Shown here piece after piece: positions 21,560-33,210 of a DNA stretch of 64,000 nt. The translations under genes and the position numbers were made by a program. The stretch spans positions 3,348,001-3,412,000 of the forward strand of contig CM059432.1 of the NCBI GenBank assembly GCA_030390025.1, in the 5' to 3' direction. The notes beneath the pieces were generated by a model. That model had not been told where the DNA came from. It was given only the letters and a program-made list of their open reading frames with translations, and made no database searches. Every line of letters begins with the position of its first letter. Position 1 is the stretch's first letter. The stretch is from Squalus acanthias. Its lineage: Eukaryota.

Positions 21560-23700
21560 CTCAATCCATGCTAGTATATTACCCCCAATCCCATGAGCCC
21601 TAATTTTGTTTAATAACCTCGTGCGGCACCTTATCAAATGCCTTCTGAAAATCCAAATACACCACATCCACTGGTTCCCCCTTATCTATTCTGCTGGTTA
21701 CAGCCTCAAAAAATGCTAACAGATTCGTCAAACATGATTTCCCTTTCATAAATCCGTGTCGACTCTGCCCAATCCTATTATTTTCTGAGTGCCCTGTTAC
21801 CACGTCCTTAGTAATAGATTCTAGCATTTTCCCTACAACTGATGTCAGGCTAACTGGTCTGTAGTTCCCAGTTTTCTCTCTCCCTCCTTTCTTAAATAGT
21901 GGGGTTACATTTGCTACCTTCCAATCCACGAGAACTATTCTCGAATCTATGGAATTTTGGAAGATGACAACCAATGCATCCACTATCTCTATAGCCAGCT
22001 CTTGTAAAACCCTAGGATGTAGGTCATCAGGTCCAGGAGATTTATCGGCTTTCAGTCCCATTAATTTCTCCAGTACTGTTTTTTTTATACTAATTTCTTT
22101 CAGTAACTCATTCTCGCTAGACCCTCGATAATCCACTATTTCCGCAAAGTTTTTGCGTCTTCTTCCATGAAGACAAAGTATTTGTTTAATTTCTCTGCCA
22201 TTTCCTTATTCCCCATTATAATTTCTCCTGTCTCAGCCTGTAAGGGACCCACGTTTACTTTTGCTAATCTTTTCCTTTTTACATACCTATCGAAGTTTTT
22301 ACAGTATGTTTTTATGTCTCTCGCTAGTTTACTCTCATATTCTATTTTCCCTTTCTTTATCAATTTCTTGGTCCTCCATTGCTGAATTCTAAAATCTTCC
22401 CAATCCTCAGGCTTACTACTCTTTTTGGCAATATTATAAGCCTCTTCCTTTGATCTAATACTATCTTTAACTTCTCATTAGCCACGGTTGGACCACTTTT
22501 CCTGTGGGGTTTTTGTGCCTTAAAGAAATGTATTTTTGTTGTAAATTATGTATTAATTCTTTAAATACTAGTCATTGCTTGTCTACCGTCACACCTTTTA
22601 ATGTAGTTTCCCAATCTACCGTAGCCAACTTGCCCCTTATACCTACGTAGTTTGCTTTGTTTAGATTTAAGACCCTAGTTTCGGATTTAACTAAATCACT
22701 TTCAAACTCAATATAAATTTCTATCATATTATGGTCACTCTTCCCTAAAGGCCCCTTTACTACAAGGTTATTAATGAACCCTTTCTTGATGCACAATACT
22801 AGATTTAAAATAGCCTGTTCCCTAGTTGGTTCCTCAACATCCTGATCTAGAAAACTATCTTGCATACATTCCATTAATTTGTCCTCCACACTATTACTGC
22901 AAATTTGGTTTGCCCAGTCTATATGTAGATTAAATTCCCCCATGATCACTGTATTACCCTTGTTACATGCGCCTCTAATTTCTTGATTTATACTCTGCCC
23001 TACATTACAACTTCTCCTTTTCCATTTTGCCTATCCCTTCTAAAAGTTAAGTATCCTGGAATATTTAGTCCCCAACCTTGGCCACTTTGCAACCACGTCT
23101 CCGTAATGGCTATTAGATCAAACCTGTTCATTTCTATCCGCGCTATTAATTCATCTATTTTGTTGCGAATGCTTCGTGCACAGATATAGTGCCTTTAGCT
23201 TTGACATTTCTATTTTTCCCTGATGTCACCTTAGTCACTGATGTCTTATTTGCCTTTGTTACTCTCTCTGACCCTTCCTGACCCACTCTGCTTATTTTTA
23301 CCCAAAACTCTACCCTGCTCTAGAGCCTCGACATTTCTCTCGCTGCTTTTAAATTTACTCTTTCCTGAATCCTCCCACCCCCCCCCCCCCACCCCCATCA
23401 TTAGTTTAAAGCCCTGTCTACTGCCCTAGTTATTCAGTTTGCCAGGACACTGTTCCCAGCCCAGTTTAAGTGGAGCCCGTCCCAATGGAACAGCTCCCTC
23501 TTGCCCCAGTACTGGTGCCAGTGCCCCATGAACGCCCAACACCACTCTTTGAGCCACGCATTTAAACCTCTGATCTGTTTGTCCCGATGCCAATTTGCGC
23601 GTGGCTCAGGTAACAATCCAGAGATCATTAGCTTTGAGGCCCTGCTTTTTAATTTGGATCCCAGCTCCTCAAACTCCCTCAGCAGGACCTCATTCCTTTG
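21560..23700 (-). pseudogene. Degenerate internal CR1 segment: ORF1 SGNH-esterase end, APE endonuclease, RT N-terminal half
   Basis: ORF1 piece ELFHWDGLHLNWAG (23434-23628); endonuclease IMGEFN...GKSDHN (22572-22949); RT KSPGPD...[13 protein letters not shown] (21600-22136); many stops and frameshifts. Confidence 0.9.
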
Positions 23701-24542
23701 GATGGCATCAATGTAGAATCTGCTCGAAGAAATAAATCGGGGCCACGGTTTCCACAGCAGCCGGAGAGGCAGCTGGTGCTAGAGCGATTCACCAATATAA
23801 ATGCATCATTAACATTTGGACAAAGTTCACATCAAGGATTCAACTCGCTAGCAAGAGAGGGAGAGGGGCTGTACTTGAGGCTCTTGCAAATGACCCGGTT
23901 GAATAAATCGTGTCCATATTCACCTTGTAAACATTCCCAATATCCTCAACTGTGCAAATCCATACAAGGATTTCGCTCCTTTTATACAGATACCAATTTA
24001 AAATGATGCATTACTTCAATAATTAGCTTTGCAGCAGAATACACTTTACATTACAAATATTCTACAAAAGGCAAGCTGGGATCTAATTCCACGGAGGGCT
24101 ATCGAGCAGTGCGTTCCATTTCATCTTCACACTCTTGTGGCTCAGTGGGCAGCACTCTCTCTCTCTCTCTCGCCTCCGAGTCAGAAGGTCGTGGGTTCAA
24201 GTCCCACTCCAGGGACTTGAGCACAAAAATCCAGGCCGACACTCCCAGTGGAGTGCTGAGGGAGCGCCGCACTGTCGGAGGTGCCGTCTTTCGGATCAGA
24301 CGTTAAACTGAAGTCACGTCTGCTCTCAGGTGGACTTAAAAGATCCAACGGCCACTATTTCGAAGCAGAGCCGGGGGCGGGGGGAGAGTTCTCCCCGGTG
24401 TCCTGGGGCCAATATTCATCCCACAATCAACATCACTAAAACAGATACAATAGCAAAATACTGCGGATGCTGGAGATCCGAAATAACAGAAAACGCTGGA
24501 AAAACTCAGCAGGCCAGGCAGCATCCGTGGAGAGAGAAACAG

Positions 24543-24579
24543 AGTTAACGTTTCAGGTCGAAGACCCTTCGTCAGAACT
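24543..24579 (-). ncRNA. Minimal hammerhead ribozyme (minus arm)
   Basis: Reverse complement agtt-CTGACGA-agggtcttcgacct-GAAA-cgTT-aact. Confidence 0.75.
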
Positions 24580-24865
24580 GAGAAAAAAAGCAGGAAATGG
24601 AATAGATTTTAAAGCAAGTTTAGGGGCTGGGAAAAGGGGGAGGGGATGAAAGAACAAAAACTTCATCGAGAGCCATCCTTTGTTCCTTAACCTGTCCCAT
24701 TACCACCTCCTCTTGCCTTGAATATCTCTTAATGTCTCTCAATGTCTCTTAATCTCTCCTGCTTTCTATCCTATCACTGACCTTCCCTTTTGTTCTTTCA
24801 TCCCCTCCCCCTTTTCCAAGCCCCTAAACTTGCTTTAAAATCGATTTCATTTCCTGCTTTTTTCC

Positions 24866-24902
24866 AGTTCTGACGAAGGGTCTTCGACCTGAAACGTTAA
24901 CT
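24866..24902 (+). ncRNA. Minimal hammerhead ribozyme (plus arm)
   Basis: agtt-CTGACGA-agggtcttcgacct-GAAA-cgTT-aact. Confidence 0.75.
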
Positions 24903-25267
24903 CTGTTTCTCTCTCCACGGATGCTGCCTGGCCTGCTGAGTTTTTCCAGCGTTTTCTGTTGTTATTTCACTAAAACAGATTAATCTGGTCATTATCACAT
25001 TGCTGTCCGTGGGAGCTTGCTGTGCACAAATTAGCTACATTACAACAGTGACTACACTTCAAAAAGTACTTCATTTGCTGTAAAGCACTTTGGGACCTCC
25101 AGAGGTCACGAAAGACTCTATAGAAATGCAAGACTTTAAAAATAAATTGAACGCCAATTCCTATTCTTTCTGTACTGTATACGTTTCACACTAATCAACT
25201 TTCTGAAGTGCACCTTTATCTTGAGATCAAGTAGAGATTGGGGTCAATGTAGTTTTCAAGTATTTAA

Positions 25268-25770
25268 GAATTAGGAGCAGGAGTCGGCCATTCGGCCCCT
25301 CGAGCCTGCTCCACCATTCAATAAGATCATGGCTGATCTTCGACCTCAACTCCACTTTCCCGCCCGATCCCCATATCCCTTGATTCCCCATGAGTCCAAA
25401 AATCTAACCATCTCAGCCTTGAATATACCCAACGACTGAGCATCCGCAGTCCTCTGGGGCAGAGAATTCCAAAGATTCACAACCCTCTGAGTGAAGAAAT
25501 TCCTCCTCATCTCAGTCCTAAATGGCCGACCCCTTATCCTGAGACTATGCCCCCGAGTTCTAGACTCTCCAGCCAGGGGAAACAACCTCTCAGCATCTAC
25601 CCTGTCGATCCCCTCAGAATCTTATATATTTCAATGAGATCACCTCTCATTCTTCTAAACTCGAGAGTATAGGCCCAATCTACTCTATCTCTCCTCACAG
25701 GACAACCCTCTCATCCCAGGGATCAATCTAGTGAACCTTTGTTGCACCACCTCCAAGGCAAGTATATCCT
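25268..25770 (-). mobile_element. CR1 3' fragment
   Basis: ORF 25346-25585 TRGHSLRIRGRPFRTEMRRNFFTQRVVNLWNSLP. Confidence 0.9.
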
Positions 25771-25849
25771 TGATTCACTTAATATTTGTTTTTGAACACT
25801 TAAAAAAAAGTAACCATTTGACTTCTAAAAGCAATGCAAGGTAACCCTA

Positions 25850-26270
25850 TACCAGGTTGAGCCTATACTCATTGGAGTTTCGAAGAATGAGAGGTGATCT
25901 TATTGAAACATAAGATTCTGAGGGGGCTCGACAGGGTGGTTCCTCTGAGAGGATGTTTCCCCTAGTGGGGGAATCTAGAACTAGGGGGCATAATTTCAGA
26001 ATAAGGGGTCGCCCATTCAAGACGGAGATGAGGAGGAGTTTCTTCTCTGAGTGTCGTGAATCTTTGGAATTCTCTACCCCAGAGAGCTGTGGAGGCTGGG
26101 TCATTGAATATATTCAAGGCGGAGATAGAGAGATTTTTGAAAAACAGGGGAGTCAAGGGTTATGGGGAGCGGGCAGGAAAGTGGAGTTGAGGCCAAGATC
26201 GGATCAGCCATGATCATATTGCAGGCTCGAGGGGCCGAACGGCCGACTCCTGCTCCTATTTCTTACGTTC
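25850..26270 (+). mobile_element. CR1 3' fragment, head-to-head with the previous one
   Basis: ORF 25953-26213 TRGHNFRIRGRPFKTEMRR. Confidence 0.88.
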
Positions 26271-26561
26271 AAGGTGTCCCACCACCATGTTGTATGTTGA
26301 GAATCAGCAGTGCACCTCAGTAAAAAAAAAGCATTGTGGCTTAAAGCTATCAGCCAGATTCTGCATCCAAAGCAATAGTTTTAGACTGAATTCAGTGCCT
26401 TGAAGATCCAGCCCAAGATCCCCCTGCACCTTTTCACTCAGTCCTCTTGAGACTAGTCTTTCTCATAGAAGGAACGCTTTATGTAACCTCATTACACACT
26501 ACATCAATTGAATTTTCAGACCCTGAGATGGATAGATTTCGTGTTAGGCAAGGGTATTAGT

Positions 26562-26870
26562 AAAAAAAGACTTGCATTATACAGCGCCTTTCACGTCTTC
26601 CAGACGTCCCAAAGTGCTTTACAGCCAATACGCGCACAGCAAGCTCCCACAAACAGCAGTGCGATAGCGACCAGCCCATCTGTTTTTCATGATGTTGGTT
26701 GTGGGATAAATATTGGCCCAGGACACCGGGGGTAACTCCCCTGCTCTTCTTCGAAATGGTGCCATGGGATCTTTTACATCCACCCCAAGAGGGCAGAGAT
26801 GGGGTCTCGGCTTAGCGTCTCATCTGAAAGACGGCACCTCCGACAATGCAGCGCTCCCTCAGCACTGCAC
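26562..26870 (-). mobile_element. Deu-SINE fragment inside a CR1 tail (about 26500-26970)
   Basis: Matches the SINE body; CR1 resumes at agggttacagaacccaagg. Confidence 0.75.
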
Positions 26871-27330
26871 AGGGTTACAGAACCCAAGGCGAGTAGATGG
26901 AGTTAAGATACAGATCAGCATTGTTCTAATTGAATGGCAGGACAGGCTCGAGGGGTTGAATAGCCTATTCCTATAAAACAGAACTCTGCACCAAATACAG
27001 GTGCAATAAAAATAAACCGCTATTAACTTTAGTGTAAAGCTGATCACCATTCCACAATAAAATTAAAAAGCTCAGCACAAATCGACAATCTCCAAACGCT
27101 GGCAAGTTATCAAGAGCTGCACCCATTTTGACCAACTAGCTCTATGCAAAACCCAGGTACGTGAAGAAATGGATTCACACTCCTCTCTATCTCTGTAACC
27201 TCCTCCAGCCCTGCAACCCTCCGAGATCTCTGCGCTCCTCCAATTCTGGTCTCTTCTGAATCGCTGATTTCCATCGCTCCACCACTGGCGGCCGTGCCTT
27301 CAGCTGCCTGGGCCCTGAGCTCTGGAATTC

Positions 27331-27617
27331 TGTGGAAGCTACATCATTAAATAAATTTAAAACAGAAATAGACAGTTTCCTAGAAGTAAAGGGAATTAGG
27401 GGTTACGGGGAGCGGGCAGGAAATTGGACATGAGGCTGAGTTCGGATCGGTCAAGGCCCTGTGGGTGGCGGAGCGGGCCCAGGGGCCGGGTCCTGCTCCT
27501 ACTTCTTGTGTTCTTTAGATTGGAGGTTAGGATCAGATCAGCCATGATCTTATTGAATGGCGGAGCAGGCTCGAGGGGCCGATTGGCCTACTCCTGCTCC
27601 TATTTCTTATGTTCTTA
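27331..27617 (+). mobile_element. Double-tailed CR1 3' end inserted in an L2 (about 27185-27780)
   Basis: Same subfamily as 18749-20564 (aaatttaaaacagaaatagacagtttcct...ggacatga). Confidence 0.85.
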
Positions 27618-29169
27618 TTCTCTCCCTAAACCTCTCCGCCTCTCTCTCTCCTCCTTTAAGACTCTCTTTAAAACCTACCTCTCTGACCAAGCTTTTGGTC
27701 GCCTGTCCCAATATCTCATGTGGCTCGGTGTCAAATTTTGTTTGATATTCGCTCGCGTGAAGCGCCTTGGGACGCAAGTTATTGTTCGTAACACGGCCAA
27801 ATTCAGCAGCTACAAATGGTTGCAATACAGCTACCATACTGACATAACATATTTGGGCAAAAGTAAGGATTCCGAATGTAAAGTTACGGCGCTGATAAGC
27901 GTTGCTTTACAGATACAATTGTTTGCAAATGCCCATCAACAATGGGTGATGTTTCCACAATCCAGGCTTTATGTAACCTCATTAAAGAATGAAACCAAAG
28001 AGCACTTCAAAAGAACACTGGGGAAGCAGTATGATGCAAGAGTCGGGGGGGGGGGGGGGGGGGGGGGGGGGAGGTGCAAAGTGGCAGCTGTGTTAGTCCA
28101 GCGTTAAGCTAGACAGCAAACAATTGCTAAACTCCCCCAGCACTCAATCTACGGAATGCACGCAGGCCTCTGCTTAATAAACGCCTGGGTTTCTCCTTCA
28201 TTACCAGTTGCATGGACATGAAAGAAAACTGCCAAGTATGTGTCCACGTTAGAATGCGAAACTCGCTACCACAGGGCGTGGTTGAGGCGAATAGCAGAGA
28301 TGCATTTAATGGGAGGCTGGGGAAAACACATGAGGGAGAAAGGAATAGAAGGTTATGCTAATAGGATGAGACAAAGTAGGCTGGGAGGAGGGCCGCGTGG
28401 AACGTCAACACCGAATGGCCTGTTTCTGTGCTGTACATTTGGTGTAATTACCCAACTTTACAGCGCACTCTGATCCAGAATATTAAGTCGCTTATACAAC
28501 TGTAGCCCAAACTGAAACTGCTCCCTCCTGAAGTAATCTCTTCTGACAAGGGATTTAATATGGTGTCCAGAGTGCCCACTACTATTTGATGATGGATAGA
28601 CCAGTGCACTTTTAAATTGCTGACAGTCACAAGAAAGCCAAAAAAAGTAGAAATTCCACAACTGATTAACTAACAGGCATTGCATGACCAAGTGCACAAG
28701 TAGGCCATGTCGTCATGACAACCATTGATCAAAATCATTTCCCCATCATTCTTGGCCCGCTTTTCCCTTGGACCTCTGTGGGGCTCCTTGCCACCAAATA
28801 TCTTCCTCCAGTCAGAAAGGTTGAATGCTTAACTGTGATGATGCAAGTAGTTCCACAATCAGCCGAGTGGGCAATTTCAATTTTACCTCTACACACACTC
28901 GGCATTCTACCTCGGTCAAAACTCAACACAACGTTAACAAAGAGCTACACTGGACAGCACGACGCCTGAAGTACACTAGTTCTCTACTCCCCTTCTCCCC
29001 CGCCACCCATGTGCACATGCTGATCGCCACTTGTCTATACTGCCTCTCGTGGTCAGATTCTGGGAGACTAACGTCGTTTAAGCAAGCTCCCGGAGTGTGT
29101 TTTTTCAAATATTCATTTACGGGATGCGGACGTCGCTGGCAAGACCAGCATTTACTACCCATTCCTAAA

Positions 29170-29635
29170 ACAGTGGCTCAGTGGGCAGCACACTCGCCTC
29201 TGAGTCAGAAGGTTGTGGGTTCAAAGTCCCACTCCAGAGACTTGAGCACAAAAATCCCGGCTGACACTCCCAGTGCAGTACTGAGGGAGTGCTGCACTGT
29301 CGGAGGTGCCGACTTTCAGATGAGACGTTAAACCGAGACCCCGTCTGCTCTCTCAGGTAGACATAAAAGATCCCATGGCACTATTTCAAAGAGGAGCAGG
29401 GGAGTTATCCCTGGTGTCCTGGGGCCAATATTTATTCCTCAATCAACATCAGTAAAAAAAAACAGATTATCTGGTGTTATCACATTGCTGTCTGTGGGAG
29501 CTTGCTGTGCGCAAATTGGCTGCCGCGTTTCCTACATTACAACAGTGACTACACTTCAAAAGTACTTAATTGGCTGTAAGTTCTTTAGGACGTCCTGAGG
29601 CCGTGAAAGGCGCTATAGAAATGCAAGTCTGTCTT
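29170..29635 (+). mobile_element. Deu-SINE, near full length
   Basis: Matches 11784-12255. Confidence 0.88.
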
Positions 29636-29669
29636 TATTAAAAAAAAACTTGGTAGCGCTTTGATAGTT

Positions 29670-30590
29670 GCTTGCTTGGCCATTTTAAGAGGGCAGTAAA
29701 AAGCAACCACGTTGGTGTGGGACTGGAGTCACATATAGGCCAGACCAGGTAAGGACGGCAGATTTCTTTCCCCAAATGACATTAGTGAACCAACAACTTG
29801 CATTTATATCTTCTTCTTCGACAGTCCCTCGGAACCGAGGAGGACTTGCTTCCACATTAAAAATGAGTTTGCAATGACTGATGAGTCCAACGCGGGACCT
29901 ACAGTCTCTGTCACAGGTGGGGCAGACGGTGGGTGGGGTGCTTGGGTTGACGTGCGCTCCTTGCGCTGCCTGCGCTTGGCTTCCGCTTGCTCCTGGCGAA
30001 GAGACTCGAGGTGTTCGGCGCCTTCCCGGATGCGTTTCCTCCACTTTGTGCGGTCTTGGGCCAGGGATTCCCAGGTGTCGGTGGGGATGTTACACTTTTT
30101 TAAAGAGGCTTTGAGGGTGTCCTTGAAACGTTTCCTCTGCCCACCTGGGGCTCTCTGGCCGTGTCGGAGCTCTGAGTATGTATTTATATAGCGCCTTTAA
30201 CATAGTAAAACGTCCCAAGGCGCTTCACAGGAGCGATTATCAGACAGAATTTGTCACCGAGCCACAGAAGGAGATATTAGGGCAGGTGACCAAAAGCTTG
30301 GTCAAAGAGGTAGGTTTTAAGGAGCGTCTTAAAGGAGGAGAGAGAGGCGGAGGTTTAGGGAGGGAATTCCCGAGCTTAGGGCCCAGGCAGCTGAAGGCAC
30401 GGCCGCCAATGGTGGAGCGATTAAAATCGGGGATCAAGAGGCCAGAATCGGAGGAGCGCAGAGATCTTGCAGTTGGGTTTTTACACAGCTTCAGCTTCAT
30501 GGTATTGATGGCAGCTTCTGATTCCAGATTTATTTAGTTGATTTTTTTAAATACTTATAAACTGAATTCTAATCCACAAACTTCCATGGC
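29670..30590 (-). mobile_element. Third tRNA-SINE family (core tggttcactaat...ctgccgtccttacctggtctggcc), interrupted by an L2 and an RTE
   Basis: 29670-29792 and about 30470-30590 join; the latter resembles 49800-49914. Family name uncertain. Confidence 0.6.
29810..30178 (-). mobile_element. RTE-clade LINE 3' end inserted in an L2 tail (29793-30470)
   Basis: C-terminal zinc finger CPTCDRDCRSRVGLISH, (gaa)n tail, TSD tgcatttatat / tgtatttatat (29799-29809, 30179-30189). Confidence 0.85.
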
Positions 30591-31699
30591 GTGAATAGGA
30601 CGAAACCTTGCTCCCCCTCATCTCCAGCAACAGAATCGCAGAGCCAGGTTTTGATGGGTATGGGATTCTGCCAGAGGGCACTGCAGCCAGATTTTGACAT
30701 TGGGAGGCGGTGTGGGGGTGGGGGGGGGGGCGGGGGGAGTGCTTTTACAATCTTGCACATTAGCACCTTGAATCTGGGAACCTTTGCTACATTAGGTCCA
30801 GCCATTTCGGCACCTCTTTCAAAGGGGAGACGATGCATCAATCACGTGTGAACCCAAGGCAGAAAGAAAGAAGCAACAAAGACGCAAATTCCCAAGCAAA
30901 CAACACTTCTAACACGTTTACATTCAGGATGGTTCCCTGTGCAATCTGCAAACAATGCTGTCCGGGGATGGATTCTTTTAAAGTACAACCTTTTAAACTG
31001 CCCATCCACCCCCCACCCCCAATCTTATTACCAGTCTCAGCTTAACTGTGGCGAATCAATCTGCAATGGCTCCCACAGAGACAGGTTTACCCATTTGATC
31101 TGTGAAGAATTACGTTGCTACCATGGATTCCACTTAAAAGAAAACATGTGCCGTTTGAAGAGTCTCGCACATGAAAGGATCTCTTATAGGAGAAACACAA
31201 GCAAATGCTTACTCCTTCCCTACCCCCCCCCCCCCACCCACCCACCTTTCTCATTTGCCCACAAAACCCCGCCAACAAAAGGAGAGACGTTAGAAGAGGG
31301 CGATTTAGCTTTTTTTAAAAAAAGGATCGGATCAAGATGCCCAACTTGTGTGCGGCATCACAGCGTCGAAAGTGGGGGGGGGGGGGGGCGAGGGGTGTCT
31401 TTCCGCACCGGCAGCAGGAATACACGAGCACAAAGTGAGGTGCCCAGTTTATAGTCGCTGGTCAACCCGAACATTTCCAATTAAAGTCTAGCCGTCGGTA
31501 ATATAAACAAGACGGACTGGACCGCCCGCTGTGCGGATTTACGCAGACTTGGCATAACTGGCAGTCTTCTGCCGGCAGGATCGCCCTTTCAGCTGCATCC
31601 CAGGACAAAAAAAAACCAGGAACAACAATGGTTCTTATCCACTTCAATGGAAAGCAATCTAAAGAAAGCTGCTTTTGTATCGGAGTTAGTGGGGTGCTC

Positions 31700-32390
31700 G
31701 GTCGGATTACCAACCCCGATCCCTGGAATTGAAGATTTCTCTCCAGGGCACTGCTGCAAGCAATCCTGAAGAAAACCCCATCAGGGCATTAACTATTTTG
31801 AACACTTTTGCTTATTAAAGCATTGGAGATGGGGGATGGGGAAGGGGGGGGGGGGGGCGGGGAGAGAAGGCTCTCTGACTGGTTGAGAACCATTCAATCT
31901 GGTAATGAAGAGTCTGTTCCCTATCTCTGTAACCTCCTCCAGCCCCACAACCCTCCGAGATCTCTGCGCTCCTCCAATTCTGACCTCCTGAGCATCCCCC
32001 CGATTTCCATCGCTCCGCCATTGGCGGCCGTGCCTTCAGCTGCCTGGGCCCTAAGCTCTGGAATTCCCTCCCTAAACCTCGCCGCCTCTCTCTCCTCCTT
32101 TAAGACGCTCCTTAAAAATCTACCTCTGACCCAAGGTCACCCGTCCCAATATCTCTTTATGTGGCTCGGTGTGAAACGTTGTTCGATTACGCTCCTGTGA
32201 AGCGCCTTGGGACGTTTTACTACATTAAAGGCTCTGTGTAAATGCAAGTTGTTGTTGGCTTCTCGAATGGCGTGGGAAGGTGGTTCGCCGCGAGGAAGGA
32301 CGTGTCAGTAGACCAATGGAGGAGAGGCAGGGCGGTCATGTGATGAAACCTCCAGGAATCCGCCCACCCAGGAGTAGCCAATCCAAGGGC
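31700..32390. mobile_element. GGGTTGCCAAC-family MITE interrupted by an L2 3' end (31919-32256, plus)
   Basis: ggtaatgaagagtctgtt before, and ggcgtgggaagg...gaccaatgg...ggtcatgtgatg after the L2, align to 8045-8200. Confidence 0.7.
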
Positions 32391-32640
32391 TCGGGCCAGG
32401 GCGGTGACTCATCAAATATGCAAATCTCACACGCAGCCAGTGGCAAACCCGAAATAAACTTCACGAAGGCCGGCCAGCATAGGGATAGCAGGAGGCCCAG
32501 AAGACCCTCAAGCCCGTTCCGCCATTCAATGAGATCGTGGCCAATCTGTCTCTCAACTCCTGGGGCCAATATTTATCCCTCAATCAACCATCACTAAAAC
32601 AGATTATCTGGTCATTAGCACATTGCTGTTTGTGGGAGCC

Positions 32641-33210
32641 TTGGTGAGACCTCACCTGGAGTACTGCATATAATTTTGGTCTCCTTACCTAAGCAAGGAT
32701 ATACTTGCCATAGAGGGAGTGCAACGAAGGTTCACGAGATTGATTCCTGGGATGGCGGGACTGTCGTATGAGAAGAGATTGAGTAAACTAGGCCTGTATT
32801 CTCTTGAATTCAGAAGAATGAGAGGGGATCTCATTGAAGCATACAAAATTATTACAGGGCTTGATAGGATGGATGCTGGGAGAATGTTTCCCTTGACTGG
32901 AGAGTCTAGAACCAGGGGCCACAGCCTCAGGATAAAGGGTAGGCCATTCAGGACTGAGATGAGAAGAAATTTCTTCACTCGGAGGGTGGTGAATCTTTGG
33001 AATTCTCTACCCCAGAGGGCTGTGGAGGCTCAGTCATTGGGTATATTCAAGACAGTAAGTCGATAGATTTCTGACTAGTAAGGGCATCAAGGGATATGGC
33101 GATAGGGCCGGTGAATGGAGTGGAGGCAGAAGATCAGCCATGATCTCAGTGAATGGCGGAGCAGGCTCGAAGGGCCGAATGGCCTACTCCTGCTCCTATT
33201 TCTTATGTTA
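32641..33210 (+). mobile_element. CR1 3' fragment inside a Deu-SINE (32560-32640 + 34588-34720)
   Basis: ORF 32719-33066 with CR1 motifs. Confidence 0.9.

Larger units (their letters stand above)
24447..24966. mobile_element. Fold-back PLE mini-element with ~180-bp inverted arms
   Basis: Arms about 24480-24660 and 24789-24968; perfect 14-bp TSD tcactaaaacagat (24433-24446, 24967-24980). Confidence 0.9.
24135..25137 (+). mobile_element. Deu-SINE interrupted by a PLE fold-back
   Basis: SINE resumes after 24967 at the duplicated target. Confidence 0.85.

Noticed and set aside
28830..28972. C/D snoRNA-like pattern (gtgatga...ctga) with an internal 8-bp stem gccgagtg/cactcggc
   Set aside because: Terminal stem is only about 3 bp and I could not identify an rRNA/snRNA guide.
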